Shown piece after piece: positions 1 through 8,976 of a stretch of DNA of 14,326 nucleotides; within the stretch, counting starts at the first letter, position 1; every line of letters begins with the position of its first letter. The translations under genes were made by a program, and so were the position numbers. Origin of the DNA: Caedimonas varicaedens (GTDB lineage Bacteria > Pseudomonadota > Alphaproteobacteria > Caedimonadales > Caedimonadaceae); NCBI GenBank assembly GCA_001192655.1, contig BBVC01000098.1, forward strand, positions 1 to 14,326, in the 5' to 3' direction. Below the pieces are notes generated by a model that saw only the letters and a list, made by a program, of their open reading frames with translations, had not been told where the DNA came from and searched no databases.

Positions 1-1
1 T

Positions 2-313
2 ATAGGCATCAACACACAGGCAGAGTATATTGCAATCATCGCTAATATGAAGATCAACGCTGGAAGGACTCAAACAAAAGCAAAAGCTATTTTAAGGGAT
101 TGGCCCGTGAATCAAAATTCTCCGGAAGATCTTAAAAAACTGGATGTCGCTGTCAGTGAAGAGCTAAGAGCATTATCTTCTTTCTGTATTAATGTATTTA
201 CTCCTGTTGCAGATGAAATTTATAAGCGCTCTTCTGTTAATTCTCCTAAAAATAAGCCTTCTAAAAAGATAAAGATTGATCCAAAAGTATGCGGCGTCGT
301 TCGAAATAAATGA
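2..313 (+). CDS. Hypothetical protein, probably 5'-truncated by the window edge (C-terminal fragment)
   Basis: The frame of the listed 47..313 ORF stays open back to position 2 (ata ggc atc aac aca cag gca gag tat att gca atc atc gct aat, no stop). No purine-rich SD precedes the ATG at 47 (atcatcgctaatATG), so that Met is probably internal. No family recognised. The C-terminus is Lys-rich (SPKNKPSKKIKIDPK). Confidence 0.45.
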   Translation: MGINTQAEYIAIIANMKINAGRTQTKAKAILRDWPVNQNSPEDLKKLDVAVSEELRALSSFCINVFTPVADEIYKRSSVNSPKNKPSKKIKIDPKVCGVVRNK

Positions 314-334
314 TTTTGAGTTATATTAAGAACA

Positions 335-838
335 CTATTTCTTCCGAAAAGCATCCAATGTGACAACTTTTCCCATAGCCGGTTCAGGAGATGAGTCTGG
401 ATTTTTGTCCTTGGATTTTCCACGCCCCTTTTTCTCAGCAACCACAGGAGAAAGAGGGGAAAATTGAAGGCCAAACTTCACGGAAGGATCGAGGAAACTA
501 ATAAGCGCTCCAAAAGGCACAATGACTTTTTCAAGGTTATCATTGAAACTTAGGGAAACTTCGAATTTCTCCTGGTCTACTTTCAAATCCCAAAATTGAT
601 GCTGAAGAACAATGGTAATTTCTTCAGGATGCTTTTCCCGCAAGCTTTCGGGTACGACAACATCAGGACGATTCGTTTGAAAAGTCAGGTAAAAATGATG
701 AGAGCCAGTAAGACCATCTTTACTCGTACGATTCAACGCTTCACGAACGACTCCCCGCAAGGCTTCCTGAACCATATCATCATAATCAAAACCTTTTTTT
801 TTCACAGCTTCCATATCCTCGCTCTGACTCATGAACAT
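335..838 (-). CDS. sspB: Alpha-proteobacterial SspB-type ClpXP adaptor (stringent starvation protein B homologue)
   Basis: The N-terminal domain shows the alpha-SspB pattern: DYDDMVQEALRGVVREAL...GLTGSHHFYLTFQT...EITIVLQHQFWDLKVDQEKFEVSLSF...FLDPSVKFGLQF. This is followed by a low-complexity linker (KKGRGKSKDKNPDSSPEP) and a C-terminal VVTLDAFRKK tail, which resembles a ClpX N-domain-binding (XB) peptide. SD-like GAAGGG lies just upstream of the ATG. Confidence 0.85.
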   Translation of the reverse strand: MFMSQSEDMEAVKKKGFDYDDMVQEALRGVVREALNRTSKDGLTGSHHFYLTFQTNRPDVVVPESLREKHPEEITIVLQHQFWDLKVDQEKFEVSLSFNDNLEKVIVPFGALISFLDPSVKFGLQFSPLSPVVAEKKGRGKSKDKNPDSSPEPAMGKVVTLDAFRKK

Positions 839-870
839 CCCTTCACTTTAAAACAAAACTCTTACAAAAA

Positions 871-899
871 AATTAACAGTTTTCAAAATATTTTTGCAA
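871..899 (-). promoter_or_regulatory. Candidate sigma70-type promoter for sspB (TTGCAA-N17-TTAATT)
   Basis: Read on the minus strand, TTGCAA (899..894) is followed by a 17-nt spacer and TTAATT (876..871), about 30 nt upstream of the sspB ATG. It overlaps the T-tract after the ssrA 3' hairpin. Motif match only. Confidence 0.25.
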
Positions 900-935
900 A
901 AATAAGCGAGGGGCTTCTGTTGCCCGGTGCCCCTC
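898..935 (-). terminator. Terminator-like hairpin plus T-tract at the 3' end of the tmRNA coding piece
   Basis: Minus strand: GAGGGGC (935..929), a 14-nt loop, GCCCCUC (914..908), then GCUUAUUUUU. The 7-bp GC-rich stem is followed by a U-run. The large loop means it could equally be the terminal tmRNA helix. Confidence 0.45.
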
Positions 936-1251
936 CAACCGCGCTTATGACATGTTAAGCAGCGGCAGCAGTCGCGCCGGTGATCTCAACGTTGTTATTC
1001 GCGGCAAACAAGTTATCGTTTGCTTTTATGTTTATAGCCCTGTAACGACGGAACAATGCCGAGCAAAAACCAAGCCTTTCAATGCACGTCGATCCTATTT
1101 CGCCCCCAGAAGAAAAACAAAAAGATCCAGAAAAACACTCTGGAATCTCTCTCTAATTTCGAAACAAAACTGGTGGAGGCGCCGGGTACCGCCCCCGGGT
1201 CCGTTTCACCTATTGCGCAAGGCGTTTATCGCCATAGTCAACCAAAGCTGA
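900..1251 (-). ncRNA. ssrA: Two-piece (circularly permuted) tmRNA gene: acceptor piece about 1251..1171, intervening segment 1170..1108, coding piece 1107..about 900
   Basis: All reads are on the minus strand. The acceptor piece ends GGAC-CCGGG-GGCGGUA-CCCGG-CGCCUCC-A-CCA, that is T-arm, 3' acceptor strand and encoded CCA (tgg at 1171-1173). 63 nt downstream the coding piece starts GGGGGCGAAAUAGGAUCGACG (1107->1087), matching the tmRNA 5' consensus GGGGnnGAnnnGGAUnCGACG. GGGGGCG pairs with CGCCUCC to give a 7-bp acceptor stem with a G3:U pair, the AlaRS identity element. The tag frame begins GCA AAC GAU AAC. Having the CCA-bearing piece upstream of the GGGG 5' piece is the permuted order known from alphaproteobacteria. 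The outer 5' and 3' ends are estimates, based on the promoter at 1258-1285 and the hairpin plus T-tract at 898-935. Confidence 0.88.
955..1023 (-). other. tmRNA tag reading frame: ANDNLFAANNNVEITGATAAAA, then stop
   Basis: Minus strand: GCA AAC GAT AAC TTG TTT GCC GCG AAT AAC AAC GTT GAG ATC ACC GGC GCG ACT GCT GCC GCT GCT TAA. The resume codon GCA (1023..1021) is preceded by AUAAAA. The ANDN start and Ala-Ala end are typical of ssrA tags. Total is 22 codons plus stop. Confidence 0.75.
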
Positions 1252-1257
1252 CAATAG

Positions 1258-1285
1258 ATTATAACAGAATTTTATGAAAAGTGAA
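1258..1285 (-). promoter_or_regulatory. Candidate ssrA promoter with extended -10 (TTCACT-N16-TGtTATAAT)
   Basis: Minus strand: TTCACT (1285..1280), 16-nt spacer, perfect TATAAT (1263..1258) preceded by TGt. It sits in the short gap between the lpdA stop (1291-1293) and the tmRNA acceptor piece. The predicted start near 1251 gives an acceptor piece of about 80 nt. Confidence 0.45.
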
Positions 1286-1290
1286 AGCAT

Positions 1291-2700
1291 TCAGATATGA
1301 ATCGCCTTGGAATAAGTAGCCATCGCTGCTTCTTTCATGGCTTCACTAACTGTCGGATGGGCATGACAAATGCGCGCAATATCTTCTGAAGACGCGCGAT
1401 ATTCCATGGCAATGACAGCCTCGGCAATCATATTGCCGGCATCTGCGTGGATAATATGAATCCCTAAAACCTCATCTGTCTGTTGATGAGAAAGAATTTT
1501 TACAAATCCTTCCGTTTCTTCGTTCACGCGTGCGCGGCTATTGGCAGTAAAAGGAAATTTTCCCACTCTATAAGGAACACCCGTCGCTTTTAATTGTTCT
1601 TCTGTTTTACCAACGGTGGCCACTTCAGGATGTGTATAGACGATGGCAGGAATAGCATCATAGTTAATGTGGGGCTTTTGTCCTGCCAGAATTTCTGCAA
1701 CAGCAACGCCTTCTTCTTCTCCCTTATGCGCCAGCATGGGACCTCTGACAACATCTCCAATCGCATAAATGGAAGAGATATTTGTCTGAAAATTTTGGTT
1801 AATCTGGATAACTCCCCGTTCATCTACTTGAATACCAACGCGGTCAAGCCCCAAGCCTTCCGAAAAAGGATGGCGCCCCATGGATAACATCACAACACCA
1901 GCCACAAGTTTTTCTTCCGCTCCTCCTAAGGCGGGTTGTACAATCACTGTTGCGCCTTCATCCTGTCGATGGATACCCAACACCCTGGTTCCCAATTGAA
2001 ACTCTATGCCCAAGGCCTTGAGCGAACGCAGAAATGCCGCTGAGATTTCCCGATCCATTTGAGGAACAATGGTGTCCATGTACTCAACAACCGTCACCTG
2101 TGCCCCCAAACGACGCCATACCGACCCAATTTCAAGACCGATGTATCCGCCCCCTATAATCACCATGCGCTCAGGAACGCGTTCAAGAGAAAGAGCGCCG
2201 GTAGAAGTGACAATCACTTTTTCGTCAATATTGACATTGGGCAGAACAACTGGCGCAGAACCCGTAGCAATGACAATTTTGGACGCCGTCAGCGTTTGGG
2301 AGTCTCCTGTCTCTTTCGTGATCGCCACGGAAGTAGGCGACAGAAATGTTGCTGTTCCCTGAATAAAAATGACATTATTTTTGCGAAAAAGATATTGAAT
2401 ACCCTGAGTCAAATTGCTGACGATTTTATCCTTGCGGCTCATCATCTGTAATAAGTCAAATCGAAGTCCATCACAATAAATGCCGTGCGTATTAAATCCC
2501 GTTTTTGCCTCATGAAATTTTTGTGAGGAATTCAGTAAAACCTTTGAGGGAATACAGCCCACATTCAGACATGTCCCCCCCGGGTCTGCTTGCTTATCTA
2601 TGCAGGCAACCTTCATACCCAGTTGTGCCGCTTTAATAGAGGCAACGTACCCCGCTGGTCCAGAGCCAATCACAATAACATCAAATGATTGTATTTCCAT
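1291..2700 (-). CDS. lpdA: Dihydrolipoyl dehydrogenase (E3 component)
   Basis: N-terminal FAD fold VIVIGSGPAGY, redox-active disulfide GGTCLNVGCIPSK, NAD-binding GGGYIGLEIG, and C-terminal interface motif HAHPTVSEA. The start is 3 nt after the sucB stop, consistent with translational coupling. Confidence 0.96.
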   Translation of the reverse strand: MEIQSFDVIVIGSGPAGYVASIKAAQLGMKVACIDKQADPGGTCLNVGCIPSKVLLNSSQKFHEAKTGFNTHGIYCDGLRFDLLQMMSRKDKIVSNLTQGIQYLFRKNNVIFIQGTATFLSPTSVAITKETGDSQTLTASKIVIATGSAPVVLPNVNIDEKVIVTSTGALSLERVPERMVIIGGGYIGLEIGSVWRRLGAQVTVVEYMDTIVPQMDREISAAFLRSLKALGIEFQLGTRVLGIHRQDEGATVIVQPALGGAEEKLVAGVVMLSMGRHPFSEGLGLDRVGIQVDERGVIQINQNFQTNISSIYAIGDVVRGPMLAHKGEEEGVAVAEILAGQKPHINYDAIPAIVYTHPEVATVGKTEEQLKATGVPYRVGKFPFTANSRARVNEETEGFVKILSHQQTDEVLGIHIIHADAGNMIAEAVIAMEYRASSEDIARICHAHPTVSEAMKEAAMATYSKAIHI

Positions 2701-2703
2701 CTC

Positions 2704-3969
2704 TCACACACCCAGCAAAATACGTTGAGGATCCTCGATATTTTCTTTGACGCGCACCAGAAATGTGACTGCTTCTCGTCCATCAATCACACGATGATCA
2801 TAGGTAAGCGCAACGTACATCATGGGTCGAATGTCAATGCGATCATCTACAACAACAGGGCGTTTCTGGATTTTATGCATCCCCAAAATCCCTGATTGGG
2901 GCGGATTGAGAATCGGTGTGGACATCAGGGAGCCAAAAACACCACCATTTGTAATGGTAAAGGTTCCGCCGTTTAAGTCTTCCATAGACAACTTTCCTGT
3001 GCGAGCTTTTTCACCTAGTTGGGCAATTGTCATCTCAATTTCAGCAAAGTTCAGATGATCTGCATCCCTCACTACAGGCACTACAAGTCCCTGAGGCGCT
3101 GCTACGGCGACTCCAATATCGTAATAATTTTTATAAATGATATACTCTCCGTCAATCTCAGCATTAACCGCAGGAATTTCCTTTAGCGCTGAAACAACGG
3201 CTTTGACGAAAAAGCTCATGAACCCAAGCTTGATTCCAAAGCGTTTTTCGAATTTCTCACGATAACTGTCTCGGGTTGCCATCACATGACTCATATCAAT
3301 TTCATTGAAAGTGGTCAGCATAGCCGCCGTATTTTGAGCTTCCTTAAGGCGCTCTGCAATGCGCTGGCGCAAGCGCGTCATACGAACCCGTTCTTCGGGT
3401 TGGGCTATTTGCTGGACTTGGCGTGATGAAGCTGAAGTCATGGCATAAGCCGTATCTGAAGGAGCAGAAGATTGAGACGTCGTAGGAGCTGCTGATGCGG
3501 CACGATTTGTTTCAAATTGGGAAATATCATTCTTTGTAACGCGCCCTCCTGGCGCAGTGCCTTGCAGATCTTGGGGTTGAATATGCCCTTCTTCAGCCAT
3601 TTTGCGGGCCGCCGGCGACAAAATAGGCTCTGCCTGTCCAGAAGAAGGTGAGGTAGAGGAAGAAAAAGACGCCATGGAAGGTTGAAACGCGGGTTGGGGA
3701 GCTGGCTGAGATTGTTGCACTTCTGAGCTGCCGCTGTCCCCGATTGAGCCCAACACCTTGCCCACAAACACAACAGTACCTTCAGGTGCTACAATGTTTT
3801 CAAGAATTCCATTAACAGGCGCATTGACTTCCAGCGTGACCTTATCTGTTTCTAATTCAACCAGAGGATCATCCATCTTAATGCTTTCACCAACTTTTTT
3901 CAGCCACTTTGAAACAGTTGCTTCAGAAACTGATTCGCCCAGTGACGGGACAATTAATTCATTCGTCAT
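2704..3969 (-). CDS. sucB: Dihydrolipoyllysine-residue succinyltransferase (E2o)
   Basis: Lipoyl domain (LETDKVTLEV), Ser/Pro/Gln-rich linkers, E3-binding domain (SPAARKMAEEGHIQPQDLQGTAPGGRVTKNDI), and catalytic domain with the DHRVIDG motif. SD AAGAGGGG lies upstream. Confidence 0.96.
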   Translation of the reverse strand: MTNELIVPSLGESVSEATVSKWLKKVGESIKMDDPLVELETDKVTLEVNAPVNGILENIVAPEGTVVFVGKVLGSIGDSGSSEVQQSQPAPQPAFQPSMASFSSSTSPSSGQAEPILSPAARKMAEEGHIQPQDLQGTAPGGRVTKNDISQFETNRAASAAPTTSQSSAPSDTAYAMTSASSRQVQQIAQPEERVRMTRLRQRIAERLKEAQNTAAMLTTFNEIDMSHVMATRDSYREKFEKRFGIKLGFMSFFVKAVVSALKEIPAVNAEIDGEYIIYKNYYDIGVAVAAPQGLVVPVVRDADHLNFAEIEMTIAQLGEKARTGKLSMEDLNGGTFTITNGGVFGSLMSTPILNPPQSGILGMHKIQKRPVVVDDRIDIRPMMYVALTYDHRVIDGREAVTFLVRVKENIEDPQRILLGV

Positions 3970-3986
3970 AAACCCCTCTTAATTCG

Positions 3987-6812
3987 TTACAGAGCCAATT
4001 TCAATGCCTGGGCGATCAATAACTCTTGCTCCCGTTCATGGCGGTCATGCAACCCAGTTGCGGTTGAAGCCGAGGCAAGCCGCCCCACATAAACTGGCCT
4101 TAAATAGGCCGCGCCAATGGCACGCAAAACATTTTCAAGTCGCCGATCTATAAATGTCCATGCCCCCATATTCGCAGGTTCTTCCTGACACCAGATCATT
4201 TCTGCCTGCAAATAGCGTGAGAGATATTGTTTTAATATATCTTCTGGAAAAGGATAAAATTGTTCCAAACGCAAAATCACAATATCACGGATGTTTGCTT
4301 CTTCCCGTTTTTCATACAAATCATAATAAACTTTTCCGGAACATAAAATAACGCGTTTGACATGAGCGGAATCAACATGAGGTGAAACTTCGTTGTATAC
4401 AGGAAGGAATTGTGTTTCTGTTCCCATTTCCTGAAGCGAAGAAACAGCCAGGCGGTGTCGCAACAAGGATTTAGGCGTCATAATAATCAGTGGCTTTCGC
4501 GTTTGGCGCAACATTTGGCGTCTGAGAATATGGAAATAGTTGGCAGGCGTTGAACAGTTGGCAACCTGCATATTATCTTCGGCACAGAGCTGAAGGTAAC
4601 GCTCAAGACGCCCGGATGAATGCTCAGGCCCTTGCCCTTCATACCCATGCGGCAATAACATCACAAGCCCCGAAAGGCGCAGCCATTTCGCTTCTCCTGC
4701 TGAAATAAATTGATCGATGATAACCTGGGCTCCATTTGCAAAATCACCAAATTGAGCTTCCCACAAAACCAGCGAGCGAGGATCTGCAAGACTGTATCCA
4801 TGCTCAAAACCCAGAACTCCTGCTTCTGACAGGGGACTATCCACAACATCAATTTCCTCTTGGGAAACGCGAATATTATTCAGGGGAATATAAGGAGTTC
4901 CTGTTTCCTGGTCAACCAGCACAGCGTGCCGCTGGGAAAATGTACCGCGTCCAGAATCTTGACCGCTGAGCCGAATGGCATAACCTTCACACAACAGTGT
5001 TCCAAAAGCCAAAGCTTCAGCTGTTGCCCAGTCAATTTTTTCCTGGGAGCGGAATATTTCCTGCTTTGCCTGCATTACACGGGTTAAACGAGGATGAAGC
5101 GTAAATCCTTGGGGAATATGCGTAAGAGTTTCACCTACTTCATTCAGGACATCCAGAGAAACACCCGTTACAGGCTGATCCCAAGGATTATAGCGCCCCT
5201 GCAATCCTGTCCAGGCTCCTTCCAGCCAATCTTCCTTATGATCCTTGTAGGACTCCGTTGCGATAAATTCAGATTGTAATTCTTCTTCAAGAGATTGCGC
5301 GATTTTCTTTGGCGTTTCCGCGGGGATGATTCCCTGCTGAACAAGTTTCTCGCTGTAGAGCTGATAGAGAGGGAGCTTTTTTTGAATAGCCTTGTACATT
5401 TGGGGCTGCGTAAAACTTGGTTCATCCATCTCATTATGTCCATGACGCCGATAACACACCATATCGATGAAAACATCCCGTTTGAATCGGGCGCGGTATT
5501 GAGCCGCAATGCGAGCAATATACAGCACTGCTTCTGGATCATCTCCATTGACGTGAAAAATAGGCGCCTGAATTTTTTTCCCGATGTCTGTGCAATAAGC
5601 AGATGAACGTGAATATATAGGAGATGTTGTAAAGCCAATTTGATTGTTGATGACAAAATGGATCGTTCCACCCGTTTTGTAGCCTCTTAAATCTGAGAGA
5701 TCAAGCGTTTCGGAAACCAATCCCTGTCCCGCAAGCGCAGCATCTCCGTGGATCAAAAGCCCCAATACTTCCAGGCGCTCAGTATCACCCCGTCTTGTCT
5801 GTTTTGCTCGCACCTTACCCATGACGACGGGATTAACAGCTTCCAGATGTGAAGGATTGGAGGTCAGGGAAAGATGCAGAATGATTCCCCCAAACTTTTG
5901 ATCCGCAGAACTGCCAAGGTGATATTTTACATCACCTGACCCTTGCATCTGCATACTATCTTCTTCATTCCCCTGAAATTTACTTAAAATAGCCCGTGCC
6001 GGTTTTCCAAGAATGTTTGTCAACACATTCAACCGTCCCCGATGCGCCATGCCAATCACAACTTCGCGAACCCCTAACTGACCAGATGATGTCAAAATTT
6101 CTTCCAGCGCAGGGATCATGGCTTCTCCCCCTTCCAACCCAAACCTTTTTGCTCCCGGAAACTTGACTTGTAAAAACTTTTCAAAAGTTGATGCACGACT
6201 CAGAGAATGCAATACTGCCAGTTTTTGTTCCTGAGGCAGAGACCCCTCATAGGCCTCTATTTGTTGCTCAAGCCAATTTTTTTCATCAGGATTTTGAATA
6301 TGAAGATATTCAATACCAATCGAGCCACAGTAATATTTTTCTAGACATACAAGAATTTCTCTCAGAGTAGCCCACTGCAATCCCAACATTCCATTGATAA
6401 AAATAGGGCGATCATAGTCTTGTTCTGTAAACCCATAATACGAAGGCTCCAGTTCAGCGTAATGAGCCGGAGCTGTCAGTTTCAGGGGATCCAACCGTGC
6501 CTTTAAATGCCCTCGCACACGATAAGCACGAATGAGTTGCAGGGCACGGATAGCGTCCAGTATATTTGAAAGCTCCTGACTTCCAGAAGTTTTTTTCTGA
6601 AGGGGCTGGCTTTCCCAGACAGGCTGTCGCGCCTGCAATGATTGCTGAAGCGATTGTAAATCATTCGCCCCTAAATCTGAAAAAAAGCGATTCCAGCTTT
6701 TATCAACTGATTGAGGGTCCCGCAGATAATCTTCATAAAGAGCTTCAATAAAAGCCGCATTTGCACCTGCAAGGAAAGATGTTTCTTCTAATTTTTGCAC
6801 CATAATTGCCAC
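3987..6812 (-). CDS. sucA: 2-oxoglutarate dehydrogenase E1 component
   Basis: The 941-aa product has typical E1o blocks (MAHRGRLNVLTNILGK, GDVKYHLG, LLIHGDAALAGQG, LLPHGYEGQGPEHSS) and lies between sucD and sucB. Confidence 0.96.
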   Translation of the reverse strand: MAIMVQKLEETSFLAGANAAFIEALYEDYLRDPQSVDKSWNRFFSDLGANDLQSLQQSLQARQPVWESQPLQKKTSGSQELSNILDAIRALQLIRAYRVRGHLKARLDPLKLTAPAHYAELEPSYYGFTEQDYDRPIFINGMLGLQWATLREILVCLEKYYCGSIGIEYLHIQNPDEKNWLEQQIEAYEGSLPQEQKLAVLHSLSRASTFEKFLQVKFPGAKRFGLEGGEAMIPALEEILTSSGQLGVREVVIGMAHRGRLNVLTNILGKPARAILSKFQGNEEDSMQMQGSGDVKYHLGSSADQKFGGIILHLSLTSNPSHLEAVNPVVMGKVRAKQTRRGDTERLEVLGLLIHGDAALAGQGLVSETLDLSDLRGYKTGGTIHFVINNQIGFTTSPIYSRSSAYCTDIGKKIQAPIFHVNGDDPEAVLYIARIAAQYRARFKRDVFIDMVCYRRHGHNEMDEPSFTQPQMYKAIQKKLPLYQLYSEKLVQQGIIPAETPKKIAQSLEEELQSEFIATESYKDHKEDWLEGAWTGLQGRYNPWDQPVTGVSLDVLNEVGETLTHIPQGFTLHPRLTRVMQAKQEIFRSQEKIDWATAEALAFGTLLCEGYAIRLSGQDSGRGTFSQRHAVLVDQETGTPYIPLNNIRVSQEEIDVVDSPLSEAGVLGFEHGYSLADPRSLVLWEAQFGDFANGAQVIIDQFISAGEAKWLRLSGLVMLLPHGYEGQGPEHSSGRLERYLQLCAEDNMQVANCSTPANYFHILRRQMLRQTRKPLIIMTPKSLLRHRLAVSSLQEMGTETQFLPVYNEVSPHVDSAHVKRVILCSGKVYYDLYEKREEANIRDIVILRLEQFYPFPEDILKQYLSRYLQAEMIWCQEEPANMGAWTFIDRRLENVLRAIGAAYLRPVYVGRLASASTATGLHDRHEREQELLIAQALKLAL

Positions 6813-6903
6813 TATTTTTCTTTTTAATATATCTCTCTACAAGAACTTGACAGACATATAGAAATAATCATTCAATCTTTAAAAAGTCAATTTTTCATAT
6901 TGG

Positions 6904-7788
6904 CTATTTTTTATTTCCTTTCATGACCTTCAGCATGGTTGCACCGATTTCGGCGGGAGAGTCTGCTACGGATACGCCGGATGAACGAAGGATATCTATT
7001 TTGTGTTGAGCTGTTCCTGCTCCGCCCGAAACAATGGCGCCGGCATGCCCCATTCGTTTCCCTTCAGGAGCTGTAATCCCCGCAATAAAGCTGACTACAG
7101 GTTTTTTGGATTTTGTTTTTTTAATAAATCCTGCTGCTGCTTCTTCTGCGCAACCACCAATTTCACCAATCAGAATAATTCCCTCTGTCTGGGGATCTGC
7201 ATAAAACATCTCAAGACAATCAACAAAATTTGTCCCGGGAATGGGATCACCCCCAATACCGATACAGGTTGACTGTCCCAAACCCACGCGAGAAGTCTGC
7301 CACACAGCTTCATAAGTCAGGGTACCAGAGCGGGACAAAATCCCAATATGTCCTGCCTTGTGAATATGTCCTGGCATAATGCCAATTTTACATTGTCCTG
7401 GCGTAATAACTCCTGGGCAATTTGGGCCAATAAGACGTGAGGTTGAGACTTCAAGTGCTCGCTTGACACGCACCATATCCATCACGGGGATTCCTTCCGT
7501 AATGCAAATAATCAGGGGAATGCTTGCATCAATGGCTTCTAAAATAGCATCAGCAGCATAGGCGGGGGGAACATAAATAACGCTTGCATCGGCGTCTGTT
7601 TGATCAACAGCTTCATGAACAGTATTAAAAACAGGCAATCCCAAATGACTCGTTCCGCCCTTTCCTGGGGTCACCCCACCTACCATTTTTGTGCCATAAG
7701 TTATGGCCTGTTCAGAGTGAAAGGTTCCCTGAGAACCTGTAAAACCCTGACAAATAACGCGCGTCTCTGCATTAACCAAAATAGACAT
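6904..7788 (-). CDS. sucD: Succinate--CoA ligase (ADP-forming) alpha subunit
   Basis: N-terminus [35 protein letters not shown] and phosphohistidine loop GHAGAI. The start overlaps the sucC stop by 1 nt (TAATG). Confidence 0.96.
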   Translation of the reverse strand: MSILVNAETRVICQGFTGSQGTFHSEQAITYGTKMVGGVTPGKGGTSHLGLPVFNTVHEAVDQTDADASVIYVPPAYAADAILEAIDASIPLIICITEGIPVMDMVRVKRALEVSTSRLIGPNCPGVITPGQCKIGIMPGHIHKAGHIGILSRSGTLTYEAVWQTSRVGLGQSTCIGIGGDPIPGTNFVDCLEMFYADPQTEGIILIGEIGGCAEEAAAGFIKKTKSKKPVVSFIAGITAPEGKRMGHAGAIVSGGAGTAQHKIDILRSSGVSVADSPAEIGATMLKVMKGNKK

Positions 7789-8957
7789 TACGCAGCCTCC
7801 TCTACGGCCTTAACGATGCGTCGGGCAGCATCTCCCAAATCATCAGCGTTAATAATAGGAAGCCCGGACCCTGCAAGAATTTTTCTTCCCAATTCCACAT
7901 TTGTCCCCTCAAGCCTTACAACCAGTGGAACATTGATTCCTACTTCGTGAGCCGCTGCAACAATCCCTTCTGCAATAATATCGCAGCGCATAATTCCGCC
8001 AAATATATTGACCAAAATCCCTTCAACATGAGGGTCAGAAAGGATCAGCTTCAGAGCAATTGTCACACGTTCACGGGGCGCCCCTCCTCCCACATCCAGA
8101 AAGTTTGCGGGTTCCCCGCCATAAAGCTTGATCACGTCCATCGTCGCCATCGCAAGACCTGCACCGTTGACAAGACAACCGATATTGCCCTCAAGTTTTA
8201 TATAACTCAGAGAATTTCGCGTGGCTTCAATCTCGGTCGTCTCTTCTTCGTCCAGATCTCTCAATTCTTCTATGTCAAGATGGCGATAAAGAGCGTTATC
8301 ATCAAATGTCATTTTGGCGTCCAGAGCGATCGCATCTCCTTCTGATGTAATCACCAGAGGATTAATTTCGATGAGACTCGCATCCAAAGTTTTAAAAGCC
8401 TGATAAACACCCGAAATTAACGAGCTGACTTTCGTGGCTATTTTACCAGAAAGTCCCCCTTTGAAGGCCAGATTACGTCCATGAAAATCCTGAAAATCCA
8501 TCACAGGATCAATGACAAGCTTGTGAATTTTTTGAGGAGTTTTAGCCGCAACTTCTTCAATATCCATACCTCCCGCCGCTGAAAAAACGATCATAATGCG
8601 TCCAACCGCCCGATCAATCAGGATACTGAGATAAAGTTCCTGGGCAATGGCAGATCCTTTTTCAACATAAACTCGCCTGACAAGTTGTCCGTGAGGTCCT
8701 GTTTGCGGGGTAATTAAAGGTGTTCCGATCATCTGTTCGGCAAACGTGGCTGCTTCTTCAGGCGATTTTGCAAGCTTGATTCCACCTCCCTTGCCACGCC
8801 CCCCTGCATGAATTTGGGCTTTTACTGCCCAGACTCGTCCTCCCAAAGCCTGGGCAATTTCCCTGGCTTCAGTTGCTGTATAGGCGATCGCTCCTTCAGG
8901 AACGGGAACACCAAATTTTTTTAAAAGACTTTTAGCCTGATATTCATGAATTTTCAT
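7788..8957 (-). CDS. sucC: Succinate--CoA ligase (ADP-forming) beta subunit
   Basis: [23 protein letters not shown]-grasp N-terminus, plus the [18 protein letters not shown] and [10 protein letters not shown] motifs. Confidence 0.96.
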   Translation of the reverse strand: MKIHEYQAKSLLKKFGVPVPEGAIAYTATEAREIAQALGGRVWAVKAQIHAGGRGKGGGIKLAKSPEEAATFAEQMIGTPLITPQTGPHGQLVRRVYVEKGSAIAQELYLSILIDRAVGRIMIVFSAAGGMDIEEVAAKTPQKIHKLVIDPVMDFQDFHGRNLAFKGGLSGKIATKVSSLISGVYQAFKTLDASLIEINPLVITSEGDAIALDAKMTFDDNALYRHLDIEELRDLDEEETTEIEATRNSLSYIKLEGNIGCLVNGAGLAMATMDVIKLYGGEPANFLDVGGGAPRERVTIALKLILSDPHVEGILVNIFGGIMRCDIIAEGIVAAAHEVGINVPLVVRLEGTNVELGRKILAGSGLPIINADDLGDAARRIVKAVEEAA

Positions 8958-8976
8958 TATACGCTGCTCTCTATCC

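Noticed and set aside
220-958. ORFs 220..474 (minus) and 596..958 (plus) overlapping sspB
   Set aside because: They are alternative-frame or antisense shadows of the well-supported sspB CDS, with no family resemblance.
952-1277. Plus-strand ORFs of 99 aa and 73 aa between sspB and lpdA
   Set aside because: They are antisense to the two-piece tmRNA gene. Their Arg/Lys/Pro-rich translations look like non-coding sequence, and the tmRNA features fully explain the region.
6813-6903. Internal promoter in the 91-bp sucD-sucA spacer (minus strand TTGACT-N17-TTATTT)
   Set aside because: This is only a loose hexamer match in AT-rich sequence with a poor -10. It cannot be distinguished from chance without transcript mapping.
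1590-8345. Numerous 60-170 aa nested ORFs inside lpdA, sucB, sucA, sucD and sucC on both strands (for example 5168..5671, 3438..3773, 7947..8345)
   Set aside because: All are embedded in long, strongly conserved enzyme genes, and their translations are low-complexity or Arg/Ser-rich. These are typical shadow ORFs.
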